Source of the DNA: Glycera tridactyla
Lineage: Eukaryota
Length of the DNA stretch: 64,000 bases
Reading direction: 5' to 3'
Assembly: GCA_965644265.1 (NCBI GenBank)
Contig: OZ286474.1
Span: 23,560,001 to 23,624,000, forward strand
The translations under genes and the position numbers were made by a program. Numbering within the stretch: position 1 is the first letter of the stretch; each line of letters opens with the position of its first letter. Of the stretch, positions 47,801 to 55,680 are shown piece after piece. The notes beneath the pieces were generated by a model. That model was given only the letters and a program-made list of their open reading frames with translations. It was not told the origin of the DNA and ran no database searches.

Positions 47801-50800
47801 ACCCGACTCTCCCTCCTCGCAGACTTCAAAAACCAGCATGTTATCGTCGTCATCACTAACGAGCGAGGTTAGAGGCATCCCAGCTAAGTCGCTCTTCCTC
47901 ACATATATGATCTCTATCTCGGTGCCTCCATCCTCCACAGCCACCCCATCATCCCCAGTAAACGACGAGGAATTCCCCTGCTGATGATCATCGACATCAC
48001 CCGAATTCTGGACGGAGGTTTCACTCGCAGAATTGCCAATCATTATCTTCGTCCTGTGGCACCTCCTCTCTTCTGGTTCTGCATCGTTTTCCTCGTAAAA
48101 TACAAGCGGATCTACAGCGGAAGAGTGTCCAATGTCTGGCGCAGATGAGATATCATTGTCTTCTCCCTCATAACAAGCAAAAGTAGATGTATTAGAACCT
48201 GTAACACCCTCAACCTGATCTCCTATCACCACATTAATGGATCCAGCCAATTCAGATTCAGTTCCCATTAACTGCGTACCAGAATCATCATCTGATGGAC
48301 CGTTGTTGATTGTACTTCCAGAAACCGCTGGTGCAAGAGCACTAGGACAATGTGGCTCACTGTCTTCCTCTGCAAGCTCGAATTTACGTAAAGTAACTTC
48401 TTGTATGATAGGAATGATAGGATTTGTACTTTGCAGCACAACATCGTCCTCTGGTCTTGGCTCATATTTGCGGACAGTAACCTCTTGAAATGTGTGGTTA
48501 GTACTATGATGCACAATGTCTCTCTCCTGTGCAGGCTCACCTTCACGAATGTCGACCTCTGTCGTGGAATCCCCATGTACACCGACCTGTCCAAACAGCT
48601 CAAAGATGTTCTTTCTTTGAGAAAGTATTTCTCGACTGGAAGGGCTACTGCTTGATGACTGTATTTCTCTACTCGCAGGACTACTGTTTGATGATTGTAT
48701 TTTCCTACTTGCAGGGCTACTCATTGATGACCGTATTTCTCTGCTTGCAGGACTACTATTTGATGACTGAATTTTCCTACCCGCAGGACTGCTGTTTGAT
48801 GAGTGTATTTCTTTACTTGTAGGACTACTGTTTGATGACTGTATTTCTCTACTTGCAGGACTACTGTTTGATGAAGGTATTTCTCTACTGGAAGGACTAC
48901 GATTGCTTGATCGAATTCCATTACTAACGGGACTACAATTGATTGATCGCATTCCTTCAGTAGCTGGAGTATTATTTGTCAACTCTACTCTCTTCTCAGC
49001 AACTGTAGGTCCATTCACACTATCAATCGATGCCTTCTTTTGAATTCTGATAGAACCACCTTGCAGCAACCGCTGGGCCCAATTGAGGCCACATGTAACC
49101 GTGCTGGAGCTAGAATCTACATCTTTAGCCATGTTTCCATGATGGTTAGTTGGGCTATCATAGCTATTTTGGGGTTGTTCTTTATCTGGAGCAGGAATTG
49201 TCATTGCCACAGCTGGTTGTTCACTGTCCTTGTTGGATAGTTTCATATTTTCAACCTTTGACCCTAACTTGTGAATGTCCTGGGAACTATGAGATGCGTC
49301 TTCTTGCATCAACTGCTGGTTCGGCAGGCCATCATCCTGTTCAATGTTAGCATCGGAGTCGACTTCAGTTGCACTGTCTGATTCATTCCGAGTTTCAGCA
49401 CCTGATGCAATCACCGTTTCAGCGTCTGATTCAACCCCAGTTTCAGCACCTGATGCAATTACCGTTTCAGCGTCTGATTCAACCTGAGTTTCAGAACGGG
49501 CATTAACTTCCGTTTCAGCATCTGATTCCACTTCAGTTTCATCCTCACTATACGCAATCGTACTGTCTGTGTCGTTCCCATCCAAGTATATACTTTCTCT
49601 CCCGTCAACTGTCATGCCACTGTCCGCACTTTGCCGTGACATGTCAGCAACAGGACAAGAATCAACATTCGTGGATCTGGGCGCAGCAGATGGACACCCT
49701 GATTGAGCATGAGGTTCAGATCTAGGTGAAGAACTGGAATTACCCACCGCACGTTCGTTCCCGTTCTCATGCAACAATCTCCATTGACACGGCTGAGTGC
49801 CAGCTCCCGGTATGTTCTTACCCTGTGTTCCAACACTGGACCAATTACTCGTCGAGCTAACATTGTTCTTCACTTGACCCGAGCACTGTTCAACACTATC
49901 GCAAGCGGTAGGCTTTCCCGCAGTGTTCTGGCCATTGCTCGATGAATTTGGCAAAATGTCCGAAAGCCTAACAAAATCACTCATATCACAGACGGCTGAT
50001 TGTGTTCCCTCTTTCCTGTACAAATGTTTTTCACTATTACATTCTGTCCCAATTTCACCATGATTGCTTTCATTCACAATTTTCTCATCATTCTTTGTAC
50101 TACCAATCATTTCCTGACGGATATTTTCTCGTTCTTGCCTCGTCACAGTGAGCTCAGTCTTACTTCGCAATGAACCTCCCCCATGTCTCACGTCTAACTG
50201 ATCATCTCGCGACATGTTACAGTCAGGTGAAGTGTCTAGATGTGCCTGGGAATTCATACAGTTCGGTGTCTTCCCTAAAACGGGACCGGATTCCCTTCTT
50301 GCTGGAGGCGTTTCTAAGTCTGCCTGACACAGATCATCCCTTGGAGAACAAGTTACTGATTTGCTGGCTACACTTGGAAGTGATGATTCTGCCCCAAGCC
50401 CAGATCGATGAACCGTTAATACTGCCGGCGCTGCACCGATTCCATAATTGTGATCTGAAGACGAACATGAAGTGGCTTGAGGAACAGGAGCTGTAGGCAA
50501 CAGAGTATGAGATACGGGCATACCTACATACATATACCTAAAGGCTGGTGCATCCGATGTATTCTTAATAGCATCCGGCTTATCACATGTGGATCCTACT
50601 GATGCCGATGTACATTTCCATGGAGAGCGAATCACGGTTTCGCGCACACATCCCACTCTAGATTGCATCGAGCGATCATCCGCCGAACGTACCTCTTGGC
50701 TGCTCACGTATCTGAATCGGGAGGCTTTCTTGGGAGGTTTAGCCAGTGCGTCGTTGATTTGCGGAAGAGCGCATTCACTTGGACCGGATGCATTGCAACC

Positions 50801-50869
50801 TTGCCTCTTGGCAGCATCGCCTTGTTGCCTGGCAACCTCTGAGTGATTAATGCAGGAGCTCGGTGTCAT
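38882..50869 (-). CDS. Giant multi-zinc-finger protein, 3995 aa, with about 43 C2H2/C2HC fingers in the C-terminal half
   Basis: Uninterrupted 11,988-bp ORF. Counted by eye about 43 C-x2-C-x12-H-x3/4-H (some C2HC) motifs, from CDICRVTFQHEEKLSEHMKSEH to CNLCDKWFVKRASLLSHIKKH, with canonical linkers TGVRPY and TGERPY. The N-terminal ~2050 aa are Ser/Asp/Glu-rich and low-complexity. An in-frame stop lies 6 codons upstream of the ATG. A strong acceptor (GGTTTTGTTTCTTTTGTTCCAG) ends at 51116. Confidence 0.93.
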   Translation of the reverse strand: MTPSSCINHSEVARQQGDAAKRQGCNASGPSECALPQINDALAKPPKKASRFRYVSSQEVRSADDRSMQSRVGCVRETVIRSPWKCTSASVGSTCDKPDAIKNTSDAPAFRYMYVGMPVSHTLLPTAPVPQATSCSSSDHNYGIGAAPAVLTVHRSGLGAESSLPSVASKSVTCSPRDDLCQADLETPPARRESGPVLGKTPNCMNSQAHLDTSPDCNMSRDDQLDVRHGGGSLRSKTELTVTRQERENIRQEMIGSTKNDEKIVNESNHGEIGTECNSEKHLYRKEGTQSAVCDMSDFVRLSDILPNSSSNGQNTAGKPTACDSVEQCSGQVKNNVSSTSNWSSVGTQGKNIPGAGTQPCQWRLLHENGNERAVGNSSSSPRSEPHAQSGCPSAAPRSTNVDSCPVADMSRQSADSGMTVDGRESIYLDGNDTDSTIAYSEDETEVESDAETEVNARSETQVESDAETVIASGAETGVESDAETVIASGAETRNESDSATEVDSDANIEQDDGLPNQQLMQEDASHSSQDIHKLGSKVENMKLSNKDSEQPAVAMTIPAPDKEQPQNSYDSPTNHHGNMAKDVDSSSSTVTCGLNWAQRLLQGGSIRIQKKASIDSVNGPTVAEKRVELTNNTPATEGMRSINCSPVSNGIRSSNRSPSSREIPSSNSSPASREIQSSNSSPTSKEIHSSNSSPAGRKIQSSNSSPASREIRSSMSSPASRKIQSSNSSPASREIQSSSSSPSSREILSQRKNIFELFGQVGVHGDSTTEVDIREGEPAQERDIVHHSTNHTFQEVTVRKYEPRPEDDVVLQSTNPIIPIIQEVTLRKFELAEEDSEPHCPSALAPAVSGSTINNGPSDDDSGTQLMGTESELAGSINVVIGDQVEGVTGSNTSTFACYEGEDNDISSAPDIGHSSAVDPLVFYEENDAEPEERRCHRTKIMIGNSASETSVQNSGDVDDHQQGNSSSFTGDDGVAVEDGGTEIEIIYVRKSDLAGMPLTSLVSDDDDNMLVFEVCEEGESGDLVVDSLNEGNDATDQINQLGEGSTSVLDESAHPVPDESASFLPSADDTTLMNDYSMPLTTFSGEGNGDNSSDGDNHDVVDTHHDDGDEYVENAMPNATNQSDVNDILSMSEHLDKTVLHESPPSGTCASEGISRGKSFYTADSHAIENLVSNGITLHETLPPNVSDGGLENQTIVENCSRQGIGSFDLNDKSHVPSDMDFGKRASINGNVSVTNQENGADSETGVRFNDMNEINDTDDRCTGAISVGVDHLSESAAPECLVDPFDGQLQCLKIGTRDENASKDQGSSPGSRLFHIKSEMEAVIAFPELANRAPHVKLEKDAKLTSVLQGTKHIETIYINDDDSDVASTTKQFSGDSLAFEVYEIVEDSDDSGDENVEVANAVAVTSGLSSPERDDMFPVQSVLSDGIQMNSCGVSNSRLDAPDESRTTLDSVQVSHSSQDTSVVGLDLVHPMGEPDVHSSSNTGDEPDSCLNGDIHALSPTSRNQLSSGKQKKNQERTITISNILPTYGARHPANGPTTSGRGKSSMLHKLKGDLDSIKCTDKSVNGLIRSFGIVDIQERDEMMGQHESEFLHVERTVSGDDASEQNGSPYNDVSANVEAGLLGVRSDCDSEMVTCGISKEVTAPAEANTEEDTVLPIPVGQLYAHSDNVSSAAITISCVQSLYCTSEIVPNISVTQMASAPRLDLVDHQVTAVKQEVNGISDSSFSTSEIVPNISVTQMAPASLLNFVNHRVTAVKREVNSISDSNFSSEKNVQDELVANSADTSGIVADIDQTVESIKIEPVDEEVAPQRGNGIITIVPETNETSCVNSDSILSLPIEEEPYDGFECEPVYYKIDEIKQEPLDEVAGYEDPNSYLPIYIKPEPADTCRLQSMHSNSSSSKTPWRDVNGTSYVPMLEPGNISVKSEFGNGEAGFVYIKQEAPDDSFAKSEANTVWDPYGNPYIYPAMHQPPRWNMQSSVEKGTGKIVYTCASYSANINENSGERIPGSDLNMPYLTSMLRAKPQGHGSFSTASPGDDYWVSPQKHALDDVDDGRFVSCDICRVTFQHEEKLSEHMKSEHKGRNVVPCPVCHVEFPGYDQLVSHVECHLGGAPFQCALCSRNLSSHCRLRSHLLAHTGVRPYQCSICLNRYSRADTLNLHMKSHKSGKFKQQSPKGKQSVPMPSKPVNRGFHQASVQCDLCKERFVDQNSLDAHLLRDHPVETKYSDSHNSDLVCCPDCKKYFVSLESLIIHMKCHSEGTPHSCNVCEMTFWNINEVINHMVEHTGDRTQYQCMYCEKSENSTWSLISHLKSHADSSSEMTCRRCGETFKHSDKLATHVDSQSCDQTYPCKFCKATFRRVPHLKDHVRLQHSEQNNNNRKVLSHPEVLQDKKESHIEVGGRCVKCQKVYSSASAYFRHFRSKQCTSEFVNCMFCNMFYRTVYGLRRHIASKHGNRDVVEDSSTSPVSLSDLAQTHSTSHPPISKIPEIADGKRCTICGIVFTSDADCKRHMTLFHRENNVTLSGHQMPAVVPADSNEDSLHQNSAKITTRKKVRHCVVCKKTFTSVANFKRHRAEQCVSQIITCMFCRWPFTKMSNLKRHIAKKHGNQDAVEDFSASGSLSNSTRAQSTSHPPISKIPEITDGKRCTKCGLVFTSDADCKRHMTLKHSNQHHVTRFETAIPAVAPANNNTDSPCHNSTKITKRKKARHCFICEKTFNTVTNFKRHWAMKHGKLTGTSVGESQKAMYECHLCGRNYKFAMHFSKHMKFYHATENFPENSDKPINADDSAADIPVAQVESLRQDSSNARPDDCALSKDAFCVQCNKDFQSEHHLDIHMQSVHSPERDHICTLCSRGFKTALHLSKHLLLHEKQSVDTSDVSVLSSGTAARPTCSSLDDDVVIKSEQTPSVHDGKQENLGVPSNLLSCTECDKKFKVDQQLKLHIQCVHRAGKPHRCSICGRSYKAALHLAKHVAVVHRNPPTQSSDLQSSDPEHKKSGDVADAPTVPSDVLSKGNKLSQDQVHSTRDRRSKTNFECRLCHMKFASKQHLFVHMQCAHNHGKMYECKECSRSFKLSVHLRNHTLTAHKNGKKLKSHVCKVCHEYFASGGELDAHIKSHATDLPYQCTICGEKFPMAVSLWKHRNAKHKKNRTVPEECDDETTATTTVPGGVGKVKKDLQCQFCQKTFLTHAYLTRHVRLLHRPESREKISCGVCGRTFQHPSHLKLHMAYHREKRHTCKCNRSFNSVMHLGLHMRYCQPDVKFDRKLYQNSSSVTSQSPEHSDDATVVGSGTFKCSVCALKFDEEWKYEQHVKTHAKTTFSCTACPSTFVKLVDLTRHMRVHPGETSYACPLCSEEFVRSCAFVTHMKSHKLRNGFSVTHRDSSGSVATEEVVEREKGIESSSKSETTGVNVTSNEQTREERRMGRKNECPVCEKVFTYSQNLNVHLRIHTGERPYKCKICGLTFRDYTTHKNHVKRHQNTTLQQPNLKIPGSNMKPSIRDSVFSKDTPSIGSLKRPGIDSKRSLKCTKCGKVYTRPNHFRHHRRKCRGIRSQSANQESQKIVSHPAIDARMYPVIKLHRIDCTDKWMVQKVSLFNKSGGNPQRPPTSADSSTKYAKGFVHCNICNQAFNHRNRLDDHMRIHKRNEAYKCSLCPSSFPGIAALSRHKIMHRNQEKKHGTTYSLSRVLSISARPMVWKHQTNLSSTPVAPKESLDDVIPEASVSSGVSNRGFVYCNLCNQSFNHRNKLDDHMQIHNRNEAHKCSLCPSSFPTIAALARHKFMHRNQEKKHGTSYGLGRPLSKPASPVVQKHQTDLSSMPVAPKESPNNVMPEASVSSGVSNSSENVFQCVVCKQVFGQPWHLQSHIVTHPGEERRQCTTCLKSFSSSALLLRHMVEHTKDNCFTCRQCKMVFKRASNLAKHVRLEHGGQPSEVEMSTKSTVTLPRASRSSNPGGSSAESYPYELHHGLFECNLCDKWFVKRASLLSHIKKHETML
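48626..48913 (-). repeat. Coding 36-bp tandem repeat, about 8 copies (SSPASREIQSSN)
   Basis: Visible in the DNA and as SSP[AST][SG][RK][EK]I[QHRP]SS[NMS] in the protein. Confidence 0.92.
49350..49545 (-). repeat. Coding 48-bp tandem repeat, about 4 copies (ETxVESDAETVIASGA)
   Basis: Protein ETEVESDAETEVNARS/ETQVESDAETVIASGA/ETGVESDAETVIASGA/ETRNESDSATEVDSDA. Confidence 0.85.
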
Positions 50870-51570
50870 CTCTGTCTGCGACTCCTACCTCGCAGACTAA
50901 GGTAACACAGACAGGACTCTCATCTTTCTGCGATGCCTAAATCCAAATGATATAGTTCAGCCGATGAATCACATTCTACACTCAGTGCCGCAGTTTCTTT
51001 CACAGATCCAGTAGAGAGACAATCTCTATTCCAGCTAGTACGATGACCCAGTTATGTTTTCAACCAGCCATAACTGTCAGATTCCGTCAAGACTTTTCAC
51101 TTGTGGATAATCAATCTGGAACAAAAGAAACAAAACCCTGAACAAGTGGAAAATGATAACATATAATGGGAGCAGGCTCAGTGTTTGATGTTAGGGAAGA
51201 TTTCGAGACATTTGTCTCACATTTGAGTGTAACATCTCACATTTTGAAAAGTGGTGAGACAAATGTCTCACTTCAGTCAGACCCCAGAGCAGACACTTGT
51301 GAGCTTTGTTTCATATTTGTGTGAATTGTCTCGCTTCAGCCATACCTCAGAGCCAATACTGGGGCAGGCTCAAATTAGAGAGGGGCCGGTAGATTTAAGA
51401 TCTACCTGCCCACTGGACAGGTAGATGTTTTCATGTCTCCTCACCCTGTCAATGTATGACATGCAAATGCGGTCATGACTAAAAGTGGTCTCTGGATGCA
51501 GGTGGATTTTAGAGAGGAGTGGACTTTAGAGCATGTTTGACTCGATTCTACTTCGAAATTTCTGCTAATA

Positions 51571-51748
51571 CAGTGAAACCTGTCTTGGGAGACCCCTCTT
51601 TTGAGAGACCACCCTCTAATGGGAGACCACTCTTTATCGGCTCTTCTTTATTTGACATAGTCAAATATACCCCCAATGAGAGACCACCTCTCTTGAGAGA
51701 CCACTTTTTGTTGGCATTTGGGGCAGTCTACCAAGACAGGTTTTACTG
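51571..51748. mobile_element. Tc1/mariner-type MITE, 178 bp
   Basis: TIR CAGTGAAACCTGTCTTGG...CCAAGACAGGTTTTACTG, TA on both flanks, internal GAGACCAC repeats. Confidence 0.85.
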
Positions 51749-52038
51749 TAGTAGCAAACACAGTGCAGCGGCAGCTAGTTTTCATGATTATAGCTTAGGA
51801 ATGGACCAGCCATGAAATCTTCCAATTCACTGGAAGCAGGGTCATTCCATGGTATTCAGGACACACAATGCAATTTTTTAAATTGAGCAATTACTTGAAT
51901 TGATCATTCAGATCAATACTCAAGAAGTTGAAGAGTATAGAACAAACTTTTTTTTTACACATCACTTCTAGATTCTCTGGCTACCATCCTTTTTTTGGTA
52001 AAATTCACAAATTTTGGCGTTTCGGACGGACAAAATTC

Positions 52039-53500
52039 AAATCATCATAATTTCGGTTTGGAGGCATGTACAAGCCTGATTTTCGCTGACAAGGAAGTTT
52101 GTCCTAAGAAGTCTATGACAATTTTTGTTTTGCAAGCCAAAAAAAATTTCAGAATAAATTTTGGGTGAAAAATTGTCCGTCCGAAACACAAAACTACCAA
52201 AAATTTATTTTTTTCATAGAAATTTTCATTTTTTTCTAGCAAGAGTTCAAATCATCTAAGAGAATGTGTGTAAGACTATGCATGGTGATTTTTATACCAC
52301 TACTATGTCCATACATGATTTTATGGAAGTTTCAAAAGTGTCCGTCCGAAACGCTTAAAAAGTGTCCGTCCGAAACGCTCAAATGTGGCCATCCAAAAAC
52401 ACTTTCAAATCATCATAATTTTGGTTGGGAGAAAAATATGAGCCTGATATTTGCTGACAAGCAAGTTTGTCCTAAGAATTCTATGACAACTTTTGTTTTG
52501 CTTGCAAAAAATATCGCCAAAATTTTTGAAATCAATATTTGGTGAAAAATTGTCCGTCGGAAACACAAAACTACCAAAAAATTATTTTTTTCATAGAAAT
52601 TTTCATTTCTTTTCTAGCAAGACTTCAAATCCTCTAAGAGGATGTGTGTAAGACTATGGATGGTGATTTTTGTACCACTACTATGTCTGTACATGATTTT
52701 ATGGAAGTTTCAAAAGTGTCTGTCGCAAGGCTCAAAAAGTGTCCGTCCGAAACACTCAAATGTGGCCGTCCGAAACACATTCAAATCATTATGATTTTGG
52801 TTTGGAGACATGTACAAGCCTGATATTTGCTGACAAGGAAGTTTGTCATAAGAAGTCTATGACAACTTTTGTATTGCAAGCAAAAATAAATTTCCAAAAA
52901 TTGTCTGTCCAAAACACAAAACTGAAAAAAAAATGAGATTTTTTCACAGAAATTACCATTTTTTTCTAGTAAGACTTCAAATCCTCTAAGAGAATGTGTG
53001 TGAGATGATGCATAGGTATTTCTATACCACTACTATGTGTGTACATGATTTTATGGAAGTTTCAAAAGTGTCCGTCCGAAACACTCAAAAAGTGTCCGTC
53101 CGAAACGCTCAAACGTGGTCATCCAAAAACACTTTCAAATCATCATAATTTTGGTTTGGAGACATATATAAGCCTGATATTTGCTGACAAGCAAGTTTGT
53201 CCTAAGAAGTCTATGACAACTTTTGTTTTGCATGCAAGAAATATTGCCAAAAATTTTGAAATCAATTTTTGGTGAAAATTGTCCGTCCGAAACACAAAAA
53301 CTACCCAAATTTTTTTTTTCACAGAAATTTTCATTTCTTTTCTTGCAAGACTTCAAATCTCCTAAGAGAATGTGTGTAAGACTATGCATGGTGATTTCCA
53401 TACCACTACTATGCCTGTAAATGATTTTATAGAAGTTTCAGCCAGAGTGGACAAAAGTGTCCGTCCGAAACGCCACAAAGTCTCTGTCCGAAACGTTTTT
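52039..53500. repeat. Internal tandem array, four units of about 355-375 bp
   Basis: Units start AAATCAT(C/T)AT at 52039, 52407, 52783 and 53137. Confidence 0.9.
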
Positions 53501-54270
53501 CAGAGTTGAATATCTCGGAGTATTTTTGAGGTTTGGTAAGAATTACTTTTCATGTGCTTCAGGTATATATGGGCATGTCCAGAAACCTGGCACATTTCGC
53601 AAAAATCACCGTCAATTGGATTTGATGCAATGTATCTGCAGTTCTGTACTGAGCAATCACAATCTTGTAGAATGTCTTGAAAGCACACATATTAGGCTAC
53701 AACTGGTGCAACTTCGGGCAGAATCAACAGATTTTAACACTGTAAACAAAGCAAGTGATTCCATGAGAACTGTCATATTTGGACCTTTTCAGCGTTACAT
53801 GACTAAACCTATGTTCATTGAACTCCATATTTTGTGGCCTCTTCTCAATACTGGATCAAAATGACAACACAAGTTGATTCAGCAGTATTTTGGCAACAGT
53901 TCTGCCAATTTTCATTGAGAAAGTCCAAAAATTCGCTAGTCACAAAGATTTGAAAGCCAAAAGCCAATTTTAGTGAAAAACTGTCGATATCTGCTGACCT
54001 ACTCAAATTGAGGCACCTGGATGAAGAGGACAAAAAAGCATCCAACTTCCCATCAATATAAGAAGCTGAGAAGGTCAGAAACCTAGTACAATGAAGATTT
54101 AGACACTACTTTTCCCTTGTTTTCTTACATCTTGGCATGAAATCATGTCAATCAATTCAGTGAAAATTCATCTTCTGAATTTCCTGCTTAAAATTGTGAA
54201 GATCAGAGAGAAAGAGATCCAAAACACTTGAATATTTGAGAAGGCGATGGAACCGTGCATGGAACAATTT

Positions 54271-55680
54271 ACAGATAAGATGGCGATCGTTCAGAAGCTG
54301 TTATAGCCCATTCTGTGATGATGTCAAAATGTGTACAAAAATGACCTACACCAGTCAATTTACATACATAAAAGCTCCCAGATTCTCACTGTTAATAGCA
54401 GTTGCAGGTATCTTATGATCAATGTGAGCTTTGGTGCACTTCATGGCATAGAAAATTTCGCATTGGAATGAGTCTTATTCTGAAAGTGAAACAGTTGACA
54501 CTTTTTACATTTGAGACCTGTCAAAATGATGTACACCCCCCTCACTACCAGTCAGAGTATTGGTCCAAAAATATGGCATGGAAGATTCATTTTGGTTCAG
54601 ATACTTGGAATGAACAGTATAGATGTCATAGCAGGAGTGAAAATGTGGATCCGAACCACTGGCTGAAAAATATAGAGTGTTTTGGTGTATGTAAGGTTGA
54701 CCTCTAGTCATTTTGAAATGACCAGTCAATGGAACAATGATATGACATTCAGAGACATTCTTGAACATAAATTGCTTTGAATAGGGAGAAAACCACATGC
54801 AGATGAGATAAAGATAAGTTCCAACATCAGATGCATCGAAAATCGCCCAAAACTTAATATTGTGGTGAAGAAAAACTACAAATATGTGAAGAAATCATGA
54901 CCATGCACCAACTGTACATGAATATAAACCAATTCTTTTGATGAATTAGTACTTGTCTATCATGAATGTTGTTAGTTACAGATAAGATGGTTATCTTTCA
55001 AAAGCTGTTTCTTGCCAATTCTGCAATTATGTGAAAATGTGTACAAAAATGACTTTCACAGTCAATTTACATACATAAAAGCTCCCAGAAACTTACTGTC
55101 AATAACAGTTGCAGGTAACTCATGATCAGTGTGAGTTTTGGTGCATTTCATTAAATATAAAATTTCGCGTTGAAATGAATCTTGTTTCAAAAGTGAAGCA
55201 GTTCACAACTTTTGACATTTGAGGCATGTCAAAATGATGTACAAGCCCCTCACTGCCAGTCAGAGGATTGGTGAAAAAAAATATGGCACGAGAGACTCAT
55301 TTCTCTTCAGATACTTGGAATGAACAGTGTAGATGCTATAGCAGGAGTGAAAATAAGGATCTGAACCACTGGGTGAAAAATATGGAGAGTGTTTGTGTAT
55401 GTTAGGTTGACCTCTAGTCATTTTGAAATGACCAGTCGTTGGAACGTAAATATGACTTCCAGAGTCATTTTTGAAAATAAAATGCTTTGAATAGGGAGAA
55501 AACCACATGGAGATGGGATAAAAATAAGTTCCAATATCAGACACATTGAAATTCGCCCACATCATTTTCTTGTGGTGATGAAAAACAACAAATATGTGAA
55601 GAAATCATGATTATGCACCAACTATACATGAACAGAAACCTATTTTTTGGATGAATTAGTACTCGTCTGTCATGAATGAG
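54271..55680. repeat. Internal tandem duplication, two copies of about 707 bp
   Basis: Copies start ACAGATAAGATGG at 54271 and 54978 and align throughout with substantial divergence. Confidence 0.88.

Noticed and set aside
39364-50846. Numerous short ORFs overlapping the zinc-finger CDS (and likewise those inside the BEL ORF)
   Set aside because: Antisense or alternative-frame shadows of long coding sequence and its internal duplications.
52045-55565. Repeated short ORFs (for example KKCPSETLK, MWFSPYSK)
   Set aside because: They recur only because of the tandem arrays in the non-coding transposon interior.
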